From: the human T2T-CHM13v2.0 reference genome, Homo sapiens
Length of the DNA stretch: 64,000 nt
Strand: one strand, 5' to 3'
NCBI RefSeq assembly: GCF_009914755.1
Contig: NC_060927.1
Below the pieces are notes generated by a model that was given only the letters and a program-made list of their open reading frames with translations, was not told the DNA's origin and did not search any database. The translations under genes were made by a program, and so were the position numbers. Shown here one piece after another: positions 16,204 through 29,530 of the stretch (its first letter is position 1; each line of letters starts with the position of its first letter).

Positions 16204-17851
16204 GGCCCAAAAAGAATAATGTATCTGTCTGCTTCTCCTACAGTCTGTTGGAATGTTAACAAATGGAATGATAGGACAATTTCTATGATTCTCTAAATCT
16301 GGGTTATGAAGTGTATCTTTACTTTCTGACTTCTTGGCAGTATTCATTGAGTCATATATTAAGCATCTGTTGTTTAGCAATATATTGAGTACTAGGGTTA
16401 AACAGATGAGCTGAAGAGACAAAGTCTACTAAAACGTTTTGAAGATCTACGATCTTATCTTGGCAAAATACAAACAAAGACTTTTTTAAATATATTGGCA
16501 ACAAGATATTAACAAAAGAAAGAACCAAACACCCAAGGTATTGTGCTATCAGTAGGGTTTTTTTTTTATTTTTGGAGCAAGAATATTCCTGCATCCTGGA
16601 TCATGAGGCCCATAATAACATGATTAAGATTTGGGGTCACAAGATGTGTTATTTAACAGATAATCTCTCCAATTCCTAATAAACTTGTGTATTCTCTTCT
16701 GTTATTCTCAAGTAATACTTCTCAAAGTGTAGAACCTAGAACTGCAACATTAGCATCACATGGAACTTGTTAAAAATGCAAAATCTCAGAATACAGCAAT
16801 ACAGTAGAAGAATTATAACTTGTGTGCATCTGATAACACAACTTCAGGATACATAAAGCAAAATTGACACGATTGTGAGGATAAACTGTGAATCTTGTCA
16901 CCATGGTGAGAGAAGTATTAAACTAAACAACAAACTTACAGTATGCTCTAGTGAATACAAAGGACCCTGAACTCAAGATTTAGGGAATATACAGGCATAC
17001 TTCAGAGATACTGTGGGTTTGATTCCAGACCACCACAACAAAGCAAATGCCACAGTAATGCAAATCACAAATTTTTTGATTTCCCTACCAGTGCATATAA
17101 AAGTTATGTTTATACTGTACTGTAGTCTATTAAGTGTATAATAGCATTGTCTAAAAAACAATGTACATGACTTAATTAAAAAATATTTTATTACTAAAAC
17201 ATGCTGACAAGTCATCTGAGCCTTTAGTGAGGAGGGTCTCACCTTGATGTTTATGGCTGCCCATTGATGAGGGTGGCGGTTGCTGAAGGTTGGGATGGCT
17301 GTGGCAGTTTCTTAAAATAAGACAGTGAAGTTTGCAATGATTGACTCTTTCATAAAATATTTCTCTGTAACATGCAATGCTATTAGATAGCATTTTACCC
17401 ACGGTAGAATTTCTTTCAACATTGGAGTCAATCCTCTCAAACTGTGTTGCTGCTTTATCAACTAAGTTTTTGTATAATACTCTAAATCATTTGTTGTCAT
17501 TTTTAACAATGTCCCCAACATCTTTAACAGGAGTATATTCCATCTAAGGAACAATTTTTTTTGTTAATACTTAAGAAGCAATTTCTCATCCCTTCAGGTT
17601 CAGTCACATCTTCATGCTCCACTTCTAATTCTAGTTCTCTTGCTATTTTTACCACAAACTGCAGTTACATCCTCCACTGAAGTCTTGAGCCCTTCAAAAT
17701 CATCCATGAGGGGTTTGAAGCTACTTCTTCCAAACCCCTGTTAATGTTGCTATTTTGACCTCCTCCCAGGAATCACAAATGTTCTTAATGGCATTTAGAA
17801 TGGCAAAATCCTTTCCAGAAGGTTTTCATTTACTTTGGAAGTCCATCAGAG

Positions 17852-17948
17852 GACTTTCAAGTCTTATTGTTTAAGAAATACATTTTATAGGGCTATAGCT
17901 GCCATAGCCCTAGAAAATGTATTTCTTAAACAGTAAGACTTGGAAGTC
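17852..17948. repeat. 45-bp-arm inverted duplication inside Tigger1
   Basis: 17852-17896 is the reverse complement of 17904-17948 with 3 mismatches; 7-nt loop agctgcc. Confidence 0.9.
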
Positions 17949-19240
17949 AATTTTTCTGTGATCTGTGGGCTGCAAAATGAATGTTCTGTTAGCAGGCGTG
18001 AAAACAGCATTAATCCTCTTGTATGTCTCCATCAAAGCTCTTGGGTGACCAGGTATACTGTCAATAAGCAATAATATTTTAAAAGAAATCTTTTTTTTCT
18101 GAGCAACAGATCTCAACAGTGGGCTTCAAATAATCATAAACCATGCTATAAACAGCTGTGCTGTTATCCAAGCTTTGTTGTTCCATTTATAGAGCACAGG
18201 CAGAGTAGATTTAGCATCATTCTTAAGGACCCTTAGATTGTTAGAATGAGAAATGAGCCCTGGCTTCAAGCTTAAAGTCACCAGCTGCGTTAGCCCCTGA
18301 CACGAGAGTCAGCTTGTCCTTTGAAGCTTTGACACCAGGCATTGACTTCCTCTCTCTACCTATGACAATCCTAGATGGCATCTTCTTTCCTAGAAAGCGG
18401 TTTTGTCTGCATTGAAAATCTGTCATTTAGCGTAGCCGCCTTCATCAATGATCTTAGCTAGATCTTCTGGATCACTTGCAGCAGCCTTTCCATCAGCATT
18501 GCTGCTTCACCTTGCACTTTTATGTTATGAAGATTACTTCTTTCCTTAAACCTCACAAGCCAACTTCTGATAGCTTTAGACTTTTCTTCAGCAGCTTCCT
18601 CACCTCTGTCAGCCTTCACAGAATTTAAGAAAGTTAGGACTTTGCTCTGGATTAGGCTTTTGGCTAAGCTTAATGGTATGGCTGGTTTAATTTTCTACCT
18701 AGACCACTCAAACTTTGTCCCTATCAGCAATAAGGATGTTTCACTTTCTTACCATTTATGTGTTCACTTGAGTAGCACTTTTAATTTCTATCAAGAACTT
18801 TTCCTTTGCATTCACAATGTGTTGCACTATTTGGCACAAGAGGCCTATCTTTTCCCTCATCTCAGCTTTTGACATGCGTTCTCACTAAGCTTAGTCATTT
18901 CTGGCTTTTCATATGAAGTGAGAGATGTGTGGCTCTTCCTTTCACTTGAACACTCAAAGGCTATTGTAGGGTTGCTGATGGGCCTTATTTCAGTATTGTT
19001 GTGTCTCAGGGAACAGAGAGGTACAGGGAGAGGGCAAGAGACAGAGGAACAGCCAGTTGGTGGCACAGTCAGAAAACACACATACACTTATCAATTAAGT
19101 TAATTGCCCTATATGGGCCTGGTTTGTGGCATCCCAAAACACAGCAGTAGCATCAAAAATCACTGATCACAGGTGACAGATATCAACAGATGTAATAATA
19201 GCTAAAAAGCTTAAAGTATTGTCAGAATTACCAAAATGTG

Positions 19241-20775
19241 TCTTCACAGAATTGGAAAAAACTACTTTAAACTTCATATGGAGCCAAAAATGAGCCCACA
19301 TTGCCAAGACAATCCTAAGCCAAAAGAACAAAGCTGGAGGCATCACACTACCTGACTTCAAACTATACTACAACGCTACAGTAACCAAAACAGCAAGGTA
19401 CTGGCACCAAAACAGAGATATAGACCAATGGAACAGAACAGAACCCTCAGAAATAATACCACACATCTACAACCATCTGATCTTTGGCAAACCTGACAAA
19501 AACAAGCAATGGGGAAAGGATTCCCTATTTAATAAATGGTGCTGGGAAAACTGGCTAGCCATATATAGAAGGCTGAAACTGGATCGCTTCCTTACACCAT
19601 ATACAAAAAGTAAGTCAAGATGGATTAAAGACTTAAATATTAGACCTAAAACCATAAAAACCCTAGAAGAAAACCTAGGCAATACCATTCAGGACGTAGG
19701 CATGGGCAAGGACTTCATGTCTAAAACAGCAAAAGCAATGGCAACAAAAGCCAAAATTGACAAATGGGATCTAATTAAACTAAAGAGCTTCTACACAGCA
19801 AAAGAAACTACCATCAGAGTGAACAGGCAACCTGCAGAGTAGGAAAATTTTTTGCAATCTACTCATCTGACAAAGGGCTAATATCCAGAATCTACAAAGA
19901 ACTCAAACAAATTTACAAGAAAAAAACAACCCCATCAACAAATGGGCGAAGGATATGAACAGACACTTCTCAAAAGAAGACATTTATGCAGCCAAAAGAC
20001 ACATGAAAAAATGCTCATCATCACTGGCCATCAGAAAAATGCAAATCAAAACCACAATGAGATACCATCTCACACCAGTTAGAATGGCAATCATTAAAAA
20101 GTCAGGAAACAACAGGTGCTGGAGAGGATGTGGAGAAATAGGAACACTTTTACACTGTTGGTGGGACTGTAAACTAGTTCAACCATTGTGAAAGACAGTG
20201 TGGCGATTCCTCAAGGATCTAGAACTAGAAATACCATTTGACCCAGCCATCCCATTACTGGGTGTATACCCAAAGGAATATAAATCATGCTACTATAAAG
20301 ACATATGCACGGGTATGTTTATTGCGGCACTATTCACAATAGCAAAGACTTGGAACAAACCCAGATGTCCATCAGTGATAGACTGGATTAAGACAATGTG
20401 GCACATACACCCCATGAAATACTATGCAGCCATAAAAAAGGGTGAGTTCATGTCCTTTGTAGGGACATGGATGAAGCTGGAAACCATCATTCTCAGCAAA
20501 CTATCGCAAGGACAAAAAACCAAACACCACATGTTCTCACTCATAGGTGGGAATTGAACAATGAGAACACTTGTTCACAGGAAGGGGAACCTCACACACC
20601 GGGGCATGTCGTGGGGTGGGGGTAGCGGGGAGGGACAGCATTAGGAGATACACCTAACATAAATGACGAGTTAATGGGTGCGGCACACCAACATGGCACA
20701 TGTATATATATGTAACAAACCTGCATGTTGTGCACATGTACCCTCGAACTTATAACAACAACAACAACAACGAAA
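19241..20775 (+). mobile_element. 5'-truncated L1PA (PA5/PA6-like) with (AAC)n tail and no TSD
   Basis: ORF2 C-terminal fragments 19955-20191 and 20198-20557, 3'UTR, tail aacaacaac. Confidence 0.95.
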
Positions 20776-22669
20776 AAAACGAAGTATGCCTACACAGTTT
20801 TTCCAAGTACCAATTAAACATTTCCAAAATGGACCATTTTTTAATAAAGCAAATCTAAACAGGCCAATGATTATTAATAGACTATATTCTTTGATCCTTA
20901 TGAAATTAAATCAGAACATCAATGTAAACAATATAAATAAAGTTTAAAGCATTCTTCTGAGTAACTCATGGGTTCACCAAAAAAATCACATTGGGATAAA
21001 TATATTTAAAATTCTGTGTTTCTAAATAAACAGTTTGAGATTTTTTTAAAAAACAAAATCTTGACCATATTCAGCCGTCAGTCTGTTTTGCAAACTTTCC
21101 ATTTGATGCTGACACATGCTGAAGTTTGAGATCTACCGCCCTAAAGTACCATAATTAATGCCTACTTGAAAATATCTATTAATAGCAACAAAATAGATGA
21201 TAAAATATTGATAATGATTAATACTAAGCCAGGAAAATTACAAGTAGTATCTGTTTTTAAATGCAGAGTTGATAAATACCATATTCAGTTTTAGAGGGCA
21301 GATTTTCACTCTCATAGCCTAATAAAATAACTAAGATCTTCATTTTATTATTTAATTTGATTCTGCTTTTATTTTCTGATGTTGTTGCAAGGTTTTTTTT
21401 GTTTAAACTCTGCCATATAGAATTGAAATGAGAGAAATTTCAAGAGTACTATACTGTGTTACTTTTTTTGGATATATGATTTTTTTCTGTTTGATATATT
21501 TTTATTGCCTATAAAATATGTGGATTTAAAGGTCTTGTTATCATCAAAACCATTTCAAGTATGCTGAAAACCTATATATTTTTATATATAGTGTTTTATT
21601 AATGAAATACATTGACTTACTAGTAAAAATTTGCCTGTAATAGAAAGAAATGCATTTGAAATTTCTTATATATTGTGTTTCTTATTTATTTTTAATCCAG
21701 GAAAATTTTATAATAATTATTTTCATGATCTTCAACTTGTTTGTATTCAGTTGTTTGTATGTGGGACTGAATTTAGTTACTTGAGTGCCGACATAGATTT
21801 TGATTATGATTTTTAAATACCAGTTTTTCTTATCTCTTCTACCTTAAGCTGCCATTACTATTGCTTAATTCATCCTTCATGTGAAAGAACAGAACGTGCC
21901 TCTTCATTAACAGGCTAGTAAAGGTCATATGTTGGTTCCCTTTACAGTTTACCCTGGAGAGTAAATGCAACAGTTTCATTATGTGCCTAGTTTTTACAGA
22001 TCTAGGGGAAAACAAAACTCAAAGATTGCTCCAAAACCAGGTCACACATGCAGGGTGCTACAATGTGTCATCCAACGAAACTTGCATTATTAATTTTGAA
22101 TTATATTTGCTGTATTCTTTAACTAGTAGGGGTATCCCAACTAGTAGGGCCATGATACAACTCTTCAGTCTGAATGTGGTATATTAAAAGTGCATTTAAA
22201 ACATGCTTTTAACAGGATTAAATCGAGGCATGGCATAAAGCTCCTTTGGGGAAAATTTGTGGATTCAGCAGTGGAAGTCTGCATTTTATCAGAAGTGTTA
22301 GCCTTTTTAGTATAGAGGGTGTATATATTATAACACTGATAGCAAGCCATTGGTCTTAGACTTAAATGATGAGTCTCTCAAATCAGGCAACCAAAATTAT
22401 GATGTACTTAAATATTGAGCATTTCATATTCCTGAAAGAAAAGTCAACTTCAGAATATTAATTTATTAATAACATAATTATTTGCTTTCATCCTTATTTT
22501 ACAATGGGATTTTATTCCTAATCTTTCTGACTTCATAATTAAACTTTAACAAAAATAAATTAACTATAATTAGAAACACTAGTAGAATTAGATTTGTTTT
22601 ATATGTTATTTCCACACAGTTTTTAAAAAGCCATGATAGTAATGAAAAGAAGAGCAGACAGAACTGTTA

Positions 22670-22800
22670 TAACTCTTGACTCACTCACTTCTTTGGTATG
22701 TAATCTTAAGCAAATTATTAAGCCTCTCTGAAACTTTTTGATGATTATATGAAAGTATCTTAAAGTACTTAGCACAGTGTCTGACACATAGATGTAGGCC
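22670..22800 (+). mobile_element. MIR fragment
   Basis: tgtaatcttaagcaaattattaagcctctctga and aaagtacttagcacagtgtctgacacatag. Confidence 0.6.
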
Positions 22801-24442
22801 AGCATAAGTTGTTTCCTTTCATGAATTGAAGCTAAGAAAACACATGATATAAATAAAAATATGTAATTCTGTTTTTAAGAAAAGAAACACCCTTTTTAAT
22901 GCAATAATAATGTAAAAATTAGGAAAAGAAATGACTTTTTCGATATCAGAAACTATCACATCCCATCCTTGATTTCTGAGGTATATAATTAATTATTTCT
23001 GGATTTTCGTTCTTATTTTTAAAAAGATTGCTTACCAATAGTTACTCTTTAAAAAATATATATACATTGATAGAATGTTTGGAGTTACTGAAGAAAATAA
23101 GCATTATAAATCATTTAGTGGAGTCTAAGATATGATTTTTTTTCACAAGGAATAATTCTGTAGCTCCAAACCCCAGAGTTTTTCTAAAATGCTGAAACAT
23201 CTGTCTTGGAATGGGAGTTATCATAGTGGCCAAACCGACTTCAAATTGACATCAAGTTGATGTATATGCTGTAAGTCGAAGGAACACAGAATGATGAAAT
23301 TATTTTTATTTTCCATATCAGCATTCTGTAAAAAAGAAAAAACAATCCAGTAGTGCCTTTCTTTGAGAGAATAAATATCACAGCACTATCCTGTGTTGTT
23401 ATTGGATGTTTTCAATTTTTTTTACTTTTATTCTTGTATTGTAGTACATGGCATCTTAATTACTGTAGCCAAGCAGTTTATTCAGGTTATAAAAAAATGT
23501 TGGGTAAGCATCAGACAGCAGCAGGACTGGAGAAGATACATATAAGCATGTACAAAGATACATATAAGCAAAAGGCTTATACAAAAGGCTGTAAGACCTT
23601 ACGCATTTAAAAAAACTATCAGCTATTCACTTTTTATCTCAAATTTTAATTGAATTTGTTGATTTCTTCCTTGTCATTAGAATGCTTATGGTTCTAGCAG
23701 AAAAGTTGGGAAGAAAAATGCCTATTCAGGTGAAGAACATTAGGATATACTGCATACAGCTGAATTAGACCAGCACATCTGTTGGACATACTTAGTGTGT
23801 CACTCAGCAGTGAAATAGATTATCAAAGCTTTTCTAATAAGTGACATAGAAAATTCCCCAACAATAAAAAGAAAGAGCACATGAAGTAAATCTTTGCTAG
23901 TTTGGGTAATGTTTAAAGCCTATGTGGGCCATAAGATTTAAGAAAATCTAGAAGACGTGACACAGAATAAAATAGTAAAGGAAAAAGCTTTTACTTTTGG
24001 AACTGTTATAAAGTTTACAAAAGGGGATTTGATGTAAAAGCAAATGAAACTCATTCAATATGCTCCAACTATTTATATTCTCACATTAGTGCTTTAAAAA
24101 GTAGAAGATAATATAAAGATACCATATCATTTTGTAGTTTAGATTTGTCATGCTCATTCAGCCCACATTTTTCATTTTTCAATATCATCATTTATTACTA
24201 GTATTATTTCTAACAATTTGCAGAAATAAACATAATCGATCTTTTGAGTAATATATAACTTAAAGCACGAGATGCAACAAATCATTTCTAGACTTGAGAA
24301 AAATTATTCTTATAGTTTCAGTGTCTCTAAACATCCAAAGGAGAACTTAAAAAAAAATTTAATAATGAAATATCTTTATCCCTCTTAGAATCTGAGTTAG
24401 GGAAGAAATGAAAATACGGTTGCTGAAACCATTGTACTAGAT

Positions 24443-24711
24443 TAGCATTTCCTGAAATGTATTCTTTGTTTATTTATGTTACAGGAGAAGAATAGTTTTT
24501 TGGAAAATAAAGTTGGGAAACATAGACTAAGTTAAATAATTCTCTTTACTGCAGAATGTCTGAGAGCTTTAAATTTGCAGATAAGCATAGTGGCTCTCCA
24601 TGAGGGAGGATTCTGTATTGTGTTGCCCAATCTTATTCCACTGTGGAACCTTGTTTAAATGGAGAATCGTGAGAAATTTGTGTTCTGTGCAATATGCTGT
24701 GAGTAATACTG
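24443..24711 (-). mobile_element. hAT-Charlie element, MER112-like
   Basis: aagttgggaaaca, tctctttactgcagaatgtctgagagctttaa, terminus gtaatactg; reverse of the element at about 6 kb. Confidence 0.55.
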
Positions 24712-24737
24712 GGCCAGAGGATCTTTATATATATATA

Positions 24738-24809
24738 TTTTTATTATTATACTTTAAGTTCTAGGGTACATGTGCACAACGTGCAAGTTTGTTACATATG
24801 TATACATGT
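24738..24809 (-). mobile_element. About 70-bp L1PA extreme 3' end
   Basis: ttttattattatactttaagttctagggtacatgtgcacaacgtgca...tgttacatatgtatacatg. Confidence 0.85.
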
Positions 24810-24920
24810 TTCCTTCTAACTACAGACATTTACATTTTTCTGAGACTTGACTGCACTGAATATGATTTGTGCCGTAATTTCTTTCTTGAGTTCTAGTCAT
24901 TTTGAATTGGTAAATTCTCC

Positions 24921-24939
24921 CTGGCAGTAGATGGCACCC
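24921..24939 (+). promoter_or_regulatory. Candidate CTCF motif
   Basis: ctggcagtagatggcaccc matches the CCASYAGRKGGCRS core except at the first C. Confidence 0.4.
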
Positions 24940-25711
24940 TCTGGGGACATATAGCTGTCCTCGGTTAAGTGTCCCTTGGATTATATGGAAACATACCTCC
25001 TGGTTTCCTACTACTGCTTATTCTAAGGCCCTTCTAAACTGGTTCATTGCAACTATAATTGACGTGTCCTCCTGGCTAAGTTTTCCTACAAAAGGTGCTT
25101 AAGTATCATCCCCTCCTAGATGTCTTCCCTGACCATATTCCTTTCCTTAATTGCTTTCAGAATACCTGTATACAGGGGTTTGTTTTTCCATTTCCCCTTG
25201 TAGTTCATGCCTTCTTCATCTTTCCATCCTCAGCATTTAGCTCAGTGATTAGGAACAATGATAAGGAGCACAGTATTCTGCTGAGGAATTTTCTAGGTTA
25301 TCTGTTTTATGCTTTGTAAATCTGTTTTGAGTGGACAAATGAAGAAACTAACAAAAAATAACTTACTTGTAAGGTTATCCGATGAAAGTTTTTATTTTTG
25401 GAGCATTTGCTGATAATAAACCATGGCTTTCTTTTTTGCTTTTTTTTTTTTTTTGCTTTTACACAGCCAGTCTTTGCACTGGCTGTGTAATAATTGCAAT
25501 TTCATATTTGTAAAATAATTTTTCAGTTGTAGTTACTATGGACGCATATGGTGTTTGAGGCAGATACAGAATAATCATTTCCAATATTGGACATGACTAA
25601 ACATTTTTACCTGTACATTTGTATTGCTGGCATTTAATGGTATAAATTGGTGAGGAATAAGAACTTAACGGATTTCACTTCTGTGCTGTGCATGTAAAGA
25701 ATGAGGCAGAG

Positions 25712-26570
25712 GTACCTGAGGAGAGCTGATATTATGACCATAGTTTTATAGTCTTTATATATGCAGAAGTAGCAGCTATGTCCATATGTAAATTTTTAAT
25801 GAATTTGATAATTATTACTAATGAGTTTTTAGGTTATCTGTTGTTCTGAGGTCTAGATAAAACTCAGTAAAAACTATATGAGAAAACCTTAAACACCGTG
25901 GCCTATTATGCTTTTTTAACATTATATATTTTATGTTAATTATATTTTTTCTCCAAAAATCATTCTTTACAGTTTCTTTTTATTTACAGTAGCTTACTAT
26001 TGTGTTCTAAATGTTGTTGTTTTCTATTGTTATTTGAAAGTTCACATCCAGAAAGTCTTGGGTATACTCTTTTTAAATATATAAGAACTAATTAGGCTTT
26101 TGCAATTGTGATGTTCTTAGTAATTATATTTCCTTGAGTTCAAAATTTTTCTGCTTTTCTCAGTCAAGTTGTAAATTTATAATTATTTACTGTGAGGTAT
26201 GTATGCCACTCCTTAGTCCAGAATAATATTATTTGTCACATGTTTCTATATATTTCTTCTTATATAACTAAGTTCATCTCCTTTTTCCTTTTAGTTGCTG
26301 ATAACTAAAAGTTGTTTTCTCCATACTAACAGCATGACACTTTTTTCCTGCTGAGACATTAAAAATAACAAAAAGTACTGATGTTTGCTACCAGATGGCC
26401 TGATAGATTTGGAAAATTGATTCAGCATTTACTGCTTTGTACTTGGGAGGAGCTGATATTATAACTATTATTATATAGTCTTTAAATATACACAAACAGC
26501 AGCTATGTTAATATGTAAAATTTTTAATGAATTTGACATAGTTATAACTAGTGAGTTTGGGGGGTATCTG
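25712..26570 (+). repeat. Dispersed direct repeat of about 130 bp (25712-25840 and 26439-26570)
   Basis: Both copies contain gagctgatattat, atagtcttta, agcagctatgt, atatgtaaa, ttttaatgaatttga, tgagttt and tatctg in the same order. Confidence 0.85.
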
Positions 26571-28029
26571 CAGACACTTATTATTGCTCTTTTCTTTCCG
26601 GTGTGACCTAGAAAGAGACCCTGGCACTTCAGTCACCTGGTTTTTGCTCTCTATGTTAAATTACAACTGCCTTAGTACTTAACATGAAACTTCAAAGGAA
26701 ATGAAATCCTAAATGTAAATATCCCCTTTCTATCTTTGTTTATTATCTCAAAACACATAGCATACAAACTCATAATGCCTTTATTCAGACACTTTCTTAA
26801 CTGGAGGAACTGTTCACTCCAGTGGTGCTTTTTAGAGACATGGGAATTATTGAAGCATGGTAATATAACATATGGGAATTAGAATTACATTAAATAGAAC
26901 CACTAATCACTATACCACTTTAGGTGAGCTACTGTATTTTAGAAAATGAGGAAGAAACTTTAGAAAATGAGGAAGAAACATTATTGAATGTTTCCCCAGT
27001 CCCAAAGGCTCATGGGATTTAATAGTGTTTTCAAGAGAAACTCACTAGATACATTTTCTAATGCCATCTTAAATATATGAGACAAATAGGCATATCTTGA
27101 TGATTGTTACAAAGCAAGAGACTTTTTGGATTTTCTGTGATTTTGAATAAAGTATATTCAGATAAAAGTTTCCCCATAAATAGTGACATGTGCATGGAAG
27201 CAATAAATTATTCCCTTATTTTGATTACTGTTTGCTTCCAGGTGAATAAATATGTAAGAAACAAGATAAAAAGAGCATTAAATTAATATTAAACTGTGAT
27301 TCACAGGCTCTGTGTATTGGTCATTCTGACCATTGACAAATTATTTAATTTTCGTGGGCCTTTCATTTGTTCACTAATACTATACACATAGTAATGACTT
27401 ATGTAGATAAAATATTCATACTTAGAAATTATTGGAAAATAGTACTTGTCAGCTTATACTGTATCTTTTTTACTCACACTGATTTTTAAAACATGACAAT
27501 ATTTAAACTGAATGAACATGAGAAAGAATAAGATGTCAGAAAATGTTCTTACATGTATTTTGATGACTAATCCAATAAAGTTTACACATATGTGAAATGA
27601 TAGGATGAGCAGTGCTGGATATATTACTGGTGTTGTGATTACAAATCTTGCCAGTTTGCAATCATTGCTTAAAATATTTTGACACAGCAGTGTTTGTGAA
27701 ATGCCATAGTGTCTTGGTCATTGTCTTAGTGTTAATGTGGAAAGTACTAAGAATTATAACAAATTGAAATAAGCAAAAATACATTTTGCTAGATGTTTTT
27801 ATTTACAGTTAATTAGAACATTTCTTGCTTGGCCCCCAGATTTATATTAGAGCATCACGAAACTTCTTCAAAACTTGAGAGTATAATTTTCTTAACTTTG
27901 TAGATGGAATATTGGAGTTCATGTGTATTTTTAAATACAGGTAATAAAGTGGAAAAAGTGTGACCACTGCAGTTGGGTAGAAGCCCTGCTGTGCCACATT
28001 CTAGTTAGGCAAGTAAACTAGTAGTTCTC

Positions 28030-28803
<774 letters not shown>

Positions 28804-29354
28804 TAACCTTTTCGGGTTCTCTTCTTCTTCTTAATTCCCCGCAGAAAATTACTGATTTCCTCTAGATTTTCTAATGTATGGCCCTGTGGCTTTTAAATGT
28901 TTATGTTTGTGTGTATGTGTATTTACTTTTTAAAATTTCTTCTGCATCTCTAATTGTGTCACTTTACTAATTTCTTATGAATTTTATTACAGTCTTTTTT
29001 TCCTTGATTAGACTTTCTAAAGGCTTGTCTATTTTTGAGCAATTTGATGAGTTTGATTAAATATAAACTATTCTTTTCTTTCTTTGTGAGTAACCTATTT
29101 TTTTCTCCAGGTGTTCTTGAATGCTTTTTGGTATTTCTTGGTATTTCACAGTTTCACCACAATTTGCTTATGTGTATCTACTTTGCATTTTCTCAGGTTC
29201 TCTTTGCAACCTGAGAAACTGTGCCTTTCTAAAGTTCTGAGGAAATCTATTTATATTATGTCTTTGATTATATCTTCCCTCCATTCTTTCTTTTAATTAA
29301 GAACTTCTCTTTGATAGATGTTAGAACATATAGATCTTTCTTCTGTCCTAACTC

Positions 29355-29530
29355 TATGACCTTGAAAATTTTTTTTAACTTCTCTGTTTTTCAGTTTCCT
29401 CATCTGTAAAATGGGGGTAATAATTGTAACTATGTCATAGAATCATTTTGAGAATTCAGTGAAATATATACACATGTACAAACACTAAGGTACATAGTAA
29501 ACATTCAATAAATGTTAACTTCAATAATGA
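29355..29530 (+). mobile_element. MIR
   Basis: tcagtttcctcatctgtaaaatgggggtaataat and acatagtaaacattcaataaatgtta. Confidence 0.75.

Larger units (their letters stand above)
16992..20792 (-). mobile_element. Tigger1 DNA transposon copy 1, interrupted by L1PA at 19241-20775
   Basis: TA|caggcatacttcagagata at one terminus and aaaacgaagtatgccta|ca at the other; transposase remnants in ORF track ([37 protein letters not shown]). Confidence 0.93.
16790..21010 (+). mobile_element. Old L1M ORF2 endonuclease-region fragment, split (16790-16991 and 20795-21010) by Tigger1
   Basis: tgcatctgataacacaacttcaggatacataaagcaaaattgac on the left; halves rejoin as gggaatata|cagtttttccaagtac...aaaatggaccat. Confidence 0.55.
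16713..21139. mobile_element. MER5A-like hAT element split into halves (about 16713-16789 and 21070-21139) by nested insertions
   Basis: Left: cttctcaaagtgt...cattagcatcacatggaacttgttaaaaatgcaaaatctcag. Right: tgatgctgacacatgctgaagtttgagatctaccg. Confidence 0.55.
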
